61,308 bases of DNA from Verrucomicrobiia bacterium Tous-C4TDCM (GTDB lineage: Bacteria; Verrucomicrobiota; Verrucomicrobiia; Verrucomicrobiales; Akkermansiaceae), in contig NEUO01000001.1 of the NCBI GenBank assembly GCA_002304315.1, forward strand, positions 1-61,308. Reading direction: 5' to 3'. A program made the position numbers and the translations under genes. Numbering within the stretch: the stretch's first letter is position 1; every line of letters starts with the position of its first letter. Under the pieces are notes generated by a model. That model saw nothing but the letters and a program-made list of their open reading frames with translations, was not told the DNA's origin and made no database searches. Positions 28,460 through 37,900 of the stretch are shown in pieces.

Positions 28460-30127
28460 TCACTTCGAGGCCCCACTGGGCACAGGTTTCGGTTTGCCGT
28501 ATTCAAGAACCTGGCCGTCCTTCAGCAAGCGCTCTCGCAGCGCGGCATACGGAACCCTCTGCACCGGCAACCCGCCGTCGATCGCCATTGCCGCAGCACT
28601 CGCGGCGCTCTGGCCCAGGATCATGAAGACCGGCTCCATCCGGATGCTGCCGTAGGCGATGTGGCTGGCGGACATCGCCACCGGCACCAGCAGGTTCGCC
28701 GCCTGCCCTTCTTTCGGCACCAGCGAGCCGTAGGAAATCTCGTAGGGCCCGTTGGTGCTGACCCCGATGTCGCCCTCGTTCTGAACAAAACCGTCCGGCT
28801 TGATGTAGCGCTGCACGTTGTGGCTATCGATCGTGTAGCTGCCCATCCCCACCGACTCCGGCGTCGGCTTCTTCTTCCGCAGCTCGTTCTCGGTCATCAC
28901 GAACTTCCCGACCATCCGCCGTGCCTCGCGGATGTAGAGCTGGTGCGACCAATTCCCGTTGTCGGTGAACTCGTCCTTCGGCAGGCCCCACTCACGAAGT
29001 TTGTCCTGCACCTTCTTCGGCACGCGCGGATCGTTGGCGACGAACCACAGCAGCCCCTGCTGGTAGGTCCGGTGCTCGGCGATGATCTCGCGCCGCCGTT
29101 CGTAGCTCGCCTCCGGGTAGTCGTAGTTGTAGCCGATGTTGTCGAAGCTGAAGGGCCCGTGGTTGTTGGTGTCCGTCTTGTGGTTCGGGATTGGATCGAA
29201 CTTCCCGAAGAACTGGCCCCACCCCGCGTTCAGCACTCGTAGCAGCAGTTCGTATTGATCCGCATCGTAGCCATCCGGCTTCGGGAAGGGGATGCGGTTC
29301 GCGGGGTCGTTGGTGAAGCATGCGCGGAAACAGTAGGCCTGCACCCGCTTGTCGCCCTTCCCTTTCACGCCGGGATCTTCCGTGCTGACTCTTGGCAAGA
29401 CGCCGCTCTTCGGATCGCCCGGGACCTTGTAGGGACTGACCGGCACTTTCACCGCAGCGAAATGATGACCGTGATGCAACACGCCGACCTGCACGCCGTT
29501 GTGCTCCTCGCCATAGACGGCATTCGCCTCGCGGCCGACGTGAAAATCGACCCCCGCCGCGGCCATCAGGTCGCCTTCGTAGGTGGCGTCGATGAACATC
29601 TTCCCGCCGTAAGTTTTCCCATCGAGGGTGGTGATCGAAACGATCCGACCACCCTCGATCTTCACGCCCTTCTCCCGGTCCAGCCAGGCATCGCGCACCA
29701 CCTCGAGGCCGAACTCTTTCACGTAGTCCTCGAACACCCGCTCGGCGACATGCGGTTCGAAAATCCACATCGTGCGGTTCTCGCCATCCATCGCCGGAGT
29801 GCCCTGGCCCTTGTTGCCGTATTCGGACTGCTTCTGCCATTTCCAAGCCTCCGGCTTCTGGTAGTGGAGATAGATGCGGTGGTAGAAGTCCCGGGCCAGC
29901 CCGCCGATCACCGCCTTGTTGCCGGTGTCGGTGAATCCCAGGCCACCGCTGCTCAGGCCGCCGAGATGCTTGTCCGGCGACACCACGATCACCGACTTCC
30001 CCATCTTCTTCGCCTGCACCGCCGCCACCACCGCCGCGCTGGTCCCGCCGTAGATCACGAGGTCGTGCCCGGCGGCGAAAAGGCGGGCAGTGAAGAGGAA
30101 GACGAAGGAGAGGACGGCGGGTCTCAT
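28460..30127 (-). CDS. Secreted FAD-dependent oxidoreductase
   Basis: Signal peptide; VIYGGTSA, FIDATYEGDL, YIREARR, SIRMEPVFM. Confidence 0.88.
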   Translation of the reverse strand: MRPAVLSFVFLFTARLFAAGHDLVIYGGTSAAVVAAVQAKKMGKSVIVVSPDKHLGGLSSGGLGFTDTGNKAVIGGLARDFYHRIYLHYQKPEAWKWQKQSEYGNKGQGTPAMDGENRTMWIFEPHVAERVFEDYVKEFGLEVVRDAWLDREKGVKIEGGRIVSITTLDGKTYGGKMFIDATYEGDLMAAAGVDFHVGREANAVYGEEHNGVQVGVLHHGHHFAAVKVPVSPYKVPGDPKSGVLPRVSTEDPGVKGKGDKRVQAYCFRACFTNDPANRIPFPKPDGYDADQYELLLRVLNAGWGQFFGKFDPIPNHKTDTNNHGPFSFDNIGYNYDYPEASYERRREIIAEHRTYQQGLLWFVANDPRVPKKVQDKLREWGLPKDEFTDNGNWSHQLYIREARRMVGKFVMTENELRKKKPTPESVGMGSYTIDSHNVQRYIKPDGFVQNEGDIGVSTNGPYEISYGSLVPKEGQAANLLVPVAMSASHIAYGSIRMEPVFMILGQSAASAAAMAIDGGLPVQRVPYAALRERLLKDGQVLEYGKPKPVPSGASK

Positions 30128-30288
30128 CAGGAAAGGGGTGAAGTTCCGATGCCATACGGCCTTACCGGGCTATTCCTACAAGCCTGCTGCAGTTCTGGCA
30201 CAATGACTTGGCCTCGTGCCGATCAGGAACGGATTTACGGATTGGCGTGGAGGTTTACACACCGACCTGAGGCTGCTAGCGTCCCGCC

Positions 30289-30519
30289 ATGGTCGATCCC
30301 GAGGACCTCGTCGGCAGCGAATGGGCGGAGTGGTATCGACTCACTCCCGCCCAGCGTTGGGCCGAGTCCGAAAAGCTCTGGCAAACCTATCTCACCCTTG
30401 GTGGCAGCCTTGATCCCGAACCCGATACTCAAAGTCCTTTCTTCGATGCACAGGCACCACGTCCAGTGCCTGCTGATGGGCGGCCAGGCCTGCGTGTTTT
30501 ACGGCGCAGCCGAATTTAG
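30289..30519 (+). CDS. Small hypothetical protein, possible partner of a nucleotidyltransferase
   Basis: EWAEWYRLTPAQRW..GGSLDPEPD..RVLRRSRI; overlaps the NTase remnant. Confidence 0.55.
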   Translation: MVDPEDLVGSEWAEWYRLTPAQRWAESEKLWQTYLTLGGSLDPEPDTQSPFFDAQAPRPVPADGRPGLRVLRRSRI

Positions 30520-30556
30520 CCGGGATACCGATCTCGCCATCCTCGCCAGAGGTTAG
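30410..30556 (+). pseudogene. 5' remnant of a nucleotidyltransferase-fold gene, truncated at the island edge
   Basis: TTG start; LLMGGQACVFYGAAEFSRDTDLAIL (GG..DxD motif) followed by a stop within a few codons. Confidence 0.6.
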
Positions 30557-30917
30557 GACTCGAAACCACATGGCGCCGGAGAGCAGGCCAAGCGACTTCG
30601 CGACACGAAATAACGCCCCCCCTCAAGAAGGAACTGGAAGCGATGCTGTAGGACCAGTAAAACCCAGCGCAACCAAGCTCGCCCGAATCACACGCTCGAT
30701 GATTTCCCTCCTCATTACCCCCACCACGATCTTGGCGAACCGCCCGCCCGATCGCCGCTCTCATAAATGCGGTATTATCGAAGATCTCAGGCAATACCCC
30801 GCTGAACCAAGCCAAGCGGAAGTGGACGGCATTACTGAGGGGTGGAGGAGACGAGCAAAGATTTTGCGGACAAGTGGCTGGAGCTTCACCATCACTAAAT
30901 AAACCTTCTTCATACGC

Positions 30918-32102
30918 ATGGACGACCAAGACAACTTCACCTTCGACTCTAGCCTTGGTGTTGAAGACGAATCAGATCTCAGCCCTCTCGACAAGAGCGA
31001 CGTCGTAAACGTCTCAGTAACAGGGACGGACTGGACTACCGAAACTATTCTAAGCCAACTCGACAAGGGGAACATCGAACTGAACCCAAGGTTTCAGCGA
31101 CGAGATGCGTGGGAACAAGGAAGAAAAAGTTTGTTCATAGAATCGCTAATCCTCGGCCTTCCCATACCGCAAATTGTTTTGGCCGAGCGGAAGGATGTAC
31201 GGGGAAAATACATCGTTCTCGATGGAAAGCAACGTCTCCTTTGTCTCAGGCAGTTCACGACAATAAACCCCGAATCGCAATTTCGCACATTCAAACTTAG
31301 AGGATTAGAGATCAGGAAAGATCTCGAGGGCGTAAGTTTTGAAAGCCTTAGCCAAGATTTGATTTTCCGCAATGATTTAGCCAATTTTGAGAACCAACCG
31401 ATCCGCACGGTCGTGGTTCGAAACTGGCGATCAGAATCGCTTCTCTTCCATGTTTTCCTTCGCTTGAACCGGGGAAGCAAGCCTCTTTCTCCTCAAGAAC
31501 TTCGTCAAGCTCTCCACCCGGGACCCTTCTTGGATTTTGCGGACGAGAGATCCACATCTAGCAAGGCCATAAGAGAGATTCTTCGACTGAAGGAGCCCGA
31601 CTTTAGGATGCGGGACGTTGAGCTAACCATCCGGTATCTAAGCTTCAAACATCGCCTCAAGTATTATCGCGGAAACATGAAGACGTTCCTCGATGACGCT
31701 TGCTCTACATTCAATGAAGAATGGACAGACATCAGTCGGCAATTCGATGATGACATAAACGAATTAGAGTCAGCGCACCTCTTAGCCAAGACTGTGTTTG
31801 GCCGGGATTTCAATTACGGCAAGTGGACAGGAAAGGCGTTTGAGCGTCGATTTAATCGTGCAGTTTTCGATATTATCATCGCAGCATTAACCAACCCATC
31901 GCTGGCAGCAGCAATAGAAGACGAACCCGGTAAAGCACGCCTCGAATACCAAAAACTCTGCGAAACAGACTCTAAATTTCTTGAGTCGATCGAGAGAACC
32001 ACTAAGAGCCTTGAATCCATGCGCTACCGCTTTAATACCATTTTCACGCAGCTCAGCGAAGCTTACAATGTAGTAGCACTTGCTCCGGAAATCGGCTTTT
32101 AA
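30918..32102 (+). CDS. DUF262 (ParB/GmrSD-like) domain protein
   Basis: PRFQRRDAW, VLDGKQRL, FLRLNRG; AT-richer than host. Confidence 0.9.
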   Translation: MDDQDNFTFDSSLGVEDESDLSPLDKSDVVNVSVTGTDWTTETILSQLDKGNIELNPRFQRRDAWEQGRKSLFIESLILGLPIPQIVLAERKDVRGKYIVLDGKQRLLCLRQFTTINPESQFRTFKLRGLEIRKDLEGVSFESLSQDLIFRNDLANFENQPIRTVVVRNWRSESLLFHVFLRLNRGSKPLSPQELRQALHPGPFLDFADERSTSSKAIREILRLKEPDFRMRDVELTIRYLSFKHRLKYYRGNMKTFLDDACSTFNEEWTDISRQFDDDINELESAHLLAKTVFGRDFNYGKWTGKAFERRFNRAVFDIIIAALTNPSLAAAIEDEPGKARLEYQKLCETDSKFLESIERTTKSLESMRYRFNTIFTQLSEAYNVVALAPEIGF

Positions 32103-32113
32103 CGCGTCATCAA

Positions 32114-32803
32114 ATGACGCCCGAATACCACTCCCTCTGCAAGCGGATTGCGAGACTACAGAGACATCTTCTACCAAAACTAAGCTCAACCGGCTCATAT
32201 ACCGACGCCGAGTATGATGGAACACGTGCTTACATCGCCCTTGTCCATGCTGAAATCGAATCCTTTTTGGAGAAACGCTGCAAGGACGTGGCTGCCGCTG
32301 CAAAAACCCGCTGGTTCGTGAATCGAAGCATCAACGGAATCATTTTTTCCGTATATACGATGTGTTATTCAGGTTGGGCTGAACTGGAAGGAGATTCGGG
32401 ACTCCCAAAACTATCAAAAAAGACCGATGTGGAAGATCGAATTACGTCAAGCATCCAGCAATACACGCATGTCGTTGACAGCAACCACGGAATCAAAGAG
32501 AAGTATCTCAAGAAGCTCTTAGTGCCACTTTCGATTCGACTCACGGATCTAGATCCAAATTGGATCATTGAGATGTCGAACTTCGGCGGCCTGCGGGGCC
32601 AGATTGTTCATATGAGCGGCAAGACAAGAACCCCTCCTGACCCTGCCGCTACCAGGCATCTCATCCGAACCATGCTGCTTCCGGGCCTTAATGACCTCGA
32701 CAAGAGGCTAACAGCCTTGGTTACAAGCATAGGTCCTCTCACGACAAGAATGACCTTGCGCGAGCGAGTGCGGGGTGCGTTCCGGCTGCTTTGGTGCGAG
32801 TAA
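32114..32803 (+). CDS. HEPN-domain protein (putative RNase)
   Basis: HAEIESFLE helix and Rx4H motif RGQIVH (32594-32611); 11 bp downstream of DUF262 gene. Confidence 0.75.
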   Translation: MTPEYHSLCKRIARLQRHLLPKLSSTGSYTDAEYDGTRAYIALVHAEIESFLEKRCKDVAAAAKTRWFVNRSINGIIFSVYTMCYSGWAELEGDSGLPKLSKKTDVEDRITSSIQQYTHVVDSNHGIKEKYLKKLLVPLSIRLTDLDPNWIIEMSNFGGLRGQIVHMSGKTRTPPDPAATRHLIRTMLLPGLNDLDKRLTALVTSIGPLTTRMTLRERVRGAFRLLWCE

Positions 32804-32905
32804 CGTCAGATTTGAAAGCTGACGTCCTCAGGGGATGGCGTGCTCCCCGGGAATTGAACCGTCTGCTATGAGAGTCCCCGGCGCGAGCCGGGTCCGACTC
32901 TCACC

Positions 32906-33184
32906 ATGAAAAGAAAACGACACACCCCAGAACAGATCGTCAAGAAGCTGCGGATGGCCGGCGAGGAGCAGGCGCGCGGGACGAGCATCGAGGAAGTATG
33001 CCGCAAGCTGGAGATCAGCGTGGCGACCTACCATCGCTGGAACAAGGAATACAGCGGAGCGAAGACGGAGACCGTCAAGCGGCTCAAGGAGCTTGAGAAG
33101 GAGAACGCACGGCTCAAGAAGCTGGTGGCCGAGCAGGCGCTGGACATGGACATGCTCAAGGAGATCAACCGGGGAAAGTGGTAG
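32906..33184 (+). CDS. IS3 transposase OrfA (HTH)
   Basis: RHTPEQIVKKL..ISVATYHRW..LEKENARLKKLVA; slippery G GGA AAG at 33172-33178. Confidence 0.93.
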   Translation: MKRKRHTPEQIVKKLRMAGEEQARGTSIEEVCRKLEISVATYHRWNKEYSGAKTETVKRLKELEKENARLKKLVAEQALDMDMLKEINRGKW

Positions 33185-34077
33185 GCCCGGAGCGCCGCCG
33201 CGATGCCGTCGGGCACTTGTGCCGGGTCTTCGAGGTGGGTGAACGCCGGGCCTGCCGGGTGATCGGGCAACCGAGGAACACGCAACGATACGAACGAAAG
33301 CAGCCGATGAAGGACCGCTCCCTGACCGCTGACATCCACCGCCTCGCGCGCAGCGAACCGCGCGCGGGATATCGAGGCGTGACCCGCCTGCTGCGCCGGG
33401 AGGGCTGGCAGGTCAACGAGAAGCGGGTGCACCGGATCTGGAAGCAGGAAGGCCTCAAGGTGCCCGCGCATCCGGCCCGCAAGAGAGCCCGTGGCAGCGC
33501 GGAGAACTCGATGCAGCGGCACGCCGCGACCCGCATCAATCAGGTTTGGACCTACGATTTCGTTCACGACCAGACCGATGATGGCGGGCGGTTGAAATGG
33601 CTGCCGATTGTCGATGAATACAGCCGCGAGCTGCTGAGCATCGAAGTGGCGCGCTCGATCACCGCCGAGGATGTCGTGCGCGACTTGGAGCGGCTTGTCC
33701 GGGAACGCGGGGCGACCGAGTTCATCCGATCCGACAATGGCCCCGAGTTCGTTGCGCGGGCGGTGCGGGACTGGATCGAAGCGAAAGGCTTCAAGACGTG
33801 CTTCATCGAGCCCGGGAGTCCCTGGCAGAACGCCTACATCGAGAGCTTCAACTCCCGCTTCCGCGACGAGTTCCTCAACCTCGAAGTCTTCGGCAGCCTG
33901 CTGGAGGCAAAAATGCTGGGCGAGGAGCACCGCTACAAATACAACCACCAGCGACCACACTCTTCCCTGGGTGACCTCACCCCGGCAGAGTTCGCATCAC
34001 GCTGCCCTTCCCCGCTGCGGCCACCGGTCATGCCTCCGAAGGACAGCGCGAACCAACCACAACCCCAACTCTCATAG
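33178..34077 (+). CDS. IS3 transposase OrfB (DDE integrase core)
   Basis: VWTYDF, RSDNGPEF, QNAYIESFN..RDE, RPHSSLG. Confidence 0.95.
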   Translation: MVGPERRRDAVGHLCRVFEVGERRACRVIGQPRNTQRYERKQPMKDRSLTADIHRLARSEPRAGYRGVTRLLRREGWQVNEKRVHRIWKQEGLKVPAHPARKRARGSAENSMQRHAATRINQVWTYDFVHDQTDDGGRLKWLPIVDEYSRELLSIEVARSITAEDVVRDLERLVRERGATEFIRSDNGPEFVARAVRDWIEAKGFKTCFIEPGSPWQNAYIESFNSRFRDEFLNLEVFGSLLEAKMLGEEHRYKYNHQRPHSSLGDLTPAEFASRCPSPLRPPVMPPKDSANQPQPQLS

Positions 34078-34254
34078 GAGCTGGTTCAAAGAGCGGGGGC
34101 ACGCCAGGGACGTTCTTAGCAGGTGCATCTAGGCACGGCGCTTGGTCTTTGACTTGTTGGATTTATTTACCGATCCGTCGTCCACGCGAAATGTTGAGCT
34201 AAACTTTCGAGACCGCTATCAGATCAGCATTTTCCCAGCGCATAGCGACAACCC

Positions 34255-34935
34255 TCAAAAAGCTTCAGGCAGAATTTTCACCGTCTTCATATCACTACGA
34301 ATTCCATCGTAGAATCCGCGGATTATGAAGATCAGTGACTCTTGAACCTTCTCACTTGGCTGGATCCCAAGCTTATCGCACAATGACAGCATCAAATACG
34401 CGGGCGTGAGTCCGATTTTCCAAGACTTTTCGGTACTCATCCGATTGCAGACGCGGGCCGCAGCCTTTTCGTCCAAACCTGCATTGCTGTATTTTCCAAA
34501 CTGCGTTAGCCGTTTGCGATCTAGCTCCTGCGAGAAGCTCTGGCCTTTCGCGGATCTGGGATCGTGGATCAGCGAAGACCGGGCCGCAGCTTGATTGTAG
34601 GCTTCTCCGTCCTCCCAGAGGGTTTCACGACGTGCCCCCTTAAGGTAGTCCAAGGTCCATTCGGTTTGATCTCCCGCTAAATCGAAGCCGAACTCGTGGA
34701 CCCAGGCGATCCCGAATATTTCGATGCGGGCAGCCAGCAACTGTTCATGTAGTGCGTCCTGATCGACAGACAGAAACGACGGATCTTGCTCGCCGATGTT
34801 CTTGACGACCACCTCGGTGTAGACTCGACCCAGATCGTTGCCTTGGAACTCCGGGCTAATGATTTGATCACGCAGCATGGCATTACAGTATTTATCCAGC
34901 GTGATCGGCCTTCTCTTGGAGAACGGGTTGAACAT
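34255..34935 (-). CDS. Hypothetical protein, AT-richer, directly downstream of the FtsK gene
   Basis: 226-aa ORF with ATG start 20 bp after the FtsK stop; no motif recognised. Confidence 0.65.
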   Translation of the reverse strand: MFNPFSKRRPITLDKYCNAMLRDQIISPEFQGNDLGRVYTEVVVKNIGEQDPSFLSVDQDALHEQLLAARIEIFGIAWVHEFGFDLAGDQTEWTLDYLKGARRETLWEDGEAYNQAAARSSLIHDPRSAKGQSFSQELDRKRLTQFGKYSNAGLDEKAAARVCNRMSTEKSWKIGLTPAYLMLSLCDKLGIQPSEKVQESLIFIIRGFYDGIRSDMKTVKILPEAF

Positions 34936-34955
34936 GAAGTGAGTCTGTGTGGTTG

Positions 34956-37900
34956 TTACCCTTTACGGGTCATCCAGCGCCTTCTTAGCCACCATCCTGG
35001 ATCCGGCTCGGCATACGGCCGGAAGGTCTCCACGCTGCCGAGGGCCTCGTTGTAGAGCAGCGCCCGGTGAAGACCGAGGCTGCCGGCGGCGGGGGAGTCG
35101 ATCAGGTTCGCGGAGTCGTTCGCGCTCATTTGGAACAGCACGCGCATCTCGAACTCCGCCATGACCTTGCGCGGTAGCCAGCGGCCGACATTGTTCCAGG
35201 TATCGACGCCGGCCAGCAAATGGATGCCCGCCGCGCCGCCCTCGCTCGCCAGGTCGGCCAGCACCTTGGCCGGGTTTGGTCCCGCCGGGGTGTCGTCCAT
35301 CGAGAACAGGAAGTCATCCTCCTGACGCAGCTTCTTGAAGCGCTGCAAGCCGTGGATCACCACAAAGATCTCCGGCCCGTCGGCCTCGCCCGCCGTGCGT
35401 CTGGCAAGTTCTTCCGCCAGCTCGCCGAAGGCCTCCGCCATCGCGGTCGGGCCAACAACCTTGACGCTATGCGGCAGGAGTTCGGCCAGCTTCTTCGCGG
35501 CCCCGCTGGCATCGAGCACGATGAAGCGCGCGCCATCGGCCGGTTGCCCGGCGGCCAGCGTGAGCATCGCCAGTTCCAGCAGCAGCGAGACCCGCTCCTC
35601 CGCCTGGCCGACCACCAGCAAATGGCTGCCGCTGCGGCGGGCGAAGACCGCTTCGGTCGGGCCCTTGATCGCATTCGGATCGCCGAGCCACGCGCGGGCT
35701 TCGGCAGGACGCGCGGCCGGCGGCGACTGCAGCAGTTCTGTTAGAGCGACATTGCCACGGAGATCGGCCGGGGCATTGCCCTCGAAGACCACCGGCGCGG
35801 CCGGCTTTCTCCCCCGCTCCGCCGCGAGTTCGGTGACCCGGTCGAGCAGGCGGTTGCGCTCGTCTTCCGACAGCCACACGGTCTGGAAGGGGCTGTTGGC
35901 CGCCAGCGCGCCGGCATTGTCGTTGTAGATCCCCTCGCCCGGCCGGGTCAGCAGGCGCGGCGCCGGGTTGTCGTCGTCCATGATCAGGTAGGCATCGGCC
36001 TCGTTGCACTGCAGCGCGATCCGCACGACCATCTGGCCGAGCGTCGCCCGGGCCAGGGTGTAGGCCCCGCCCAGCGTCTGCGAACCGAGGATTACGTGAA
36101 TCCCGAAGGCGCGGCCCTGGCGGACGATCCGGTCTAACAGCAGCGAGGCGGCCTGCGCGACCGGGTCGTCCTCGGTGAAGAATTCCTGGAACTCGTCGAT
36201 CAGCAGCAAGGTCCGCGGCAAGGGTTCGCCGGAGGCTTTCCGGAAGCCCGCCAGATCCTGCGAGCCGTGCTTGCGGAACATCTCGCCGCGGCGGCGGAGC
36301 TCGTCGTCGACCCGTTGCAAAACGCTGAGGCCGAATTCGCGGTCGCTCTCGATCGCCACCACCTTGGCATGCGGCAGGCGCTTGCTGCCGTAGCACTTGA
36401 ACTCGACGCCCTTCTTGAAGTCGACCAGGTAGAACTCCACCTCGTCCGGGCTGCAATGCAGCGCGAGGTTGGTGATCATCACGTGGAACAGCGTCGATTT
36501 CCCGGAGCCCGTTTTGCCGGCGATCAGCGCGTGCTGGCGGGTGCCCTTGCCGAGCGCCACCATCTGGAATTTCTTCGCCCCGCTGCGGCCGATCGGCACG
36601 CGGAGTTCCTCGCCGGTGCTGTCCTTCCACCATTCGGATTCCGGCGGCGCGATGTTCGAAAACGGCACCTCCACGCGGTTCGAGTCGATGCTCGCCTTGC
36701 CGAGGCGGTGGACCAGCGTCGTCGCCAGCTCACCCTGCGGCGGCGAGGAAAGCACGGCGGCATCCGCCCCGCCGGGCATCCCCGCGACGCGGAAGCCGGT
36801 GCCCTGCGGCAACAGGCGGACGCACGCTTTTTCAAGGGCTTCTGTTAGACCTGGATCGATCGCCCCCTGGTTCGGATCGCGGTGGATCAGCAGGTAAACG
36901 CCGCAGCGCGCGCCGCTGGTGGCGATGCTCAGCAAGCGCTTCGCCGCCGTCTCGCTGAAGGCCGCGGGAAAGCCGGAAATCACCACGAAACGGTGCTTCT
37001 CCGCGATGGTCCCGGCCTGCGCGTTGTATTCGTCGAGCGTCGCATACTCGTTACGAAGGTACATCTGGATGACCTTCTCGATGTGCTCGTTCAACTCCGC
37101 CAGCCGCTCTTCGATCTGCGTCGCCTGCGTCCAGATCCGCCCGTGGATGAGCGTCTCCTCATAGTCGCCGAGGTGCATCAGCCCGGCGAAGTCCTTCCCG
37201 AGACCGACCGGATCGATCAGCGTGAAAATCGCACGCCCCGCCGGATGGGAGGACAGCACGCGCAGCACCACTTCGTTGATGGTCGCCGCGGCGGTGGAGG
37301 AATCGCCCTCGATCCAAAGCGACGCGCGGTCGGGGAACCCGAGCGAAAGCGGGACCTCGAAGTCCGCCGGGGCATCCAGCGTGAAACGATCGCTCTCCGG
37401 CATCCCGCCGGCCAGCGCCGGCAGCGAAACATGCACGCGGCCGATCGGGATCACCCGCTCTGAGTCGGAAGGCGGGCTCCAGTGTTGCACCATCTCCTCC
37501 GACCATTCGGGGAAGCGTTGCCCGGACGTCTCTAACAAGCCGGCCAGCTCGCGATGAACCGGCTGCACCTCCGTCTCCCAGTCGAACAAAAGCTTCTCCA
37601 GCTCCGCATCGCGCGCCGCGTCGGCTTCCGCCATCTTCTGCGCCAGTTCGGCTTCACGCGCCACGTCTTCGCCGGCATTCGAACTCTCGATTTCCGCCGT
37701 CCCCTCCGCCTCCCGCGCGGCGAACCACGCCATGTTCCGCTGGTGCAGCGCCTCGGCCTTGGCGGGCAAGCGGGCATACTGCGCCTCGATCTTCCGCCGG
37801 CCTTCCTGCATCAGCCCCTGCGCCACCTCGTCGCTGCCACGCAGCGTCTCGCTGAGGCCGACGCTCTGCTCGGCCAGCTCGCGCTTGAGCGACTCCGCCA

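Larger units (their letters stand above)
32836..34106 (+). mobile_element. IS3-family insertion sequence (IS407-like), 1271 bp
   Basis: TG..CA ends; imperfect IRs TGGCGTGCTCCC..CTATGAGAGT / ACTCTCATAG..GGGGGCACGCCA; GGGA duplication at 32832-32835 and 34107-34110. Confidence 0.95.

Noticed and set aside
30550-30582. tRNA-like fragments (GGACTCGAAACC, TGGCGCCGGA) as an att site
   Set aside because: The two pieces are in the wrong order for a tRNA 3' end and no cloverleaf forms
30570-30902. 110-aa ORF upstream of the DUF262 gene as a third system component
   Set aside because: No recognisable motif and spurious-looking composition; cannot be supported
30552-34160. Integron cassette: GTTAGGA at the left junction and a weak attC-like stretch around the IS site
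   Set aside because: The two candidate core sites point in opposite directions, no convincing L-box pairing was seen and no integrase is present; an IntegronFinder run on the IS-free sequence would settle it
34956-34995. Possible replaced or frameshifted C-terminus of the ATPase (WWLRRRWMTRKG)
   Set aside because: Only the last dozen codons are affected and it cannot be judged without homologues
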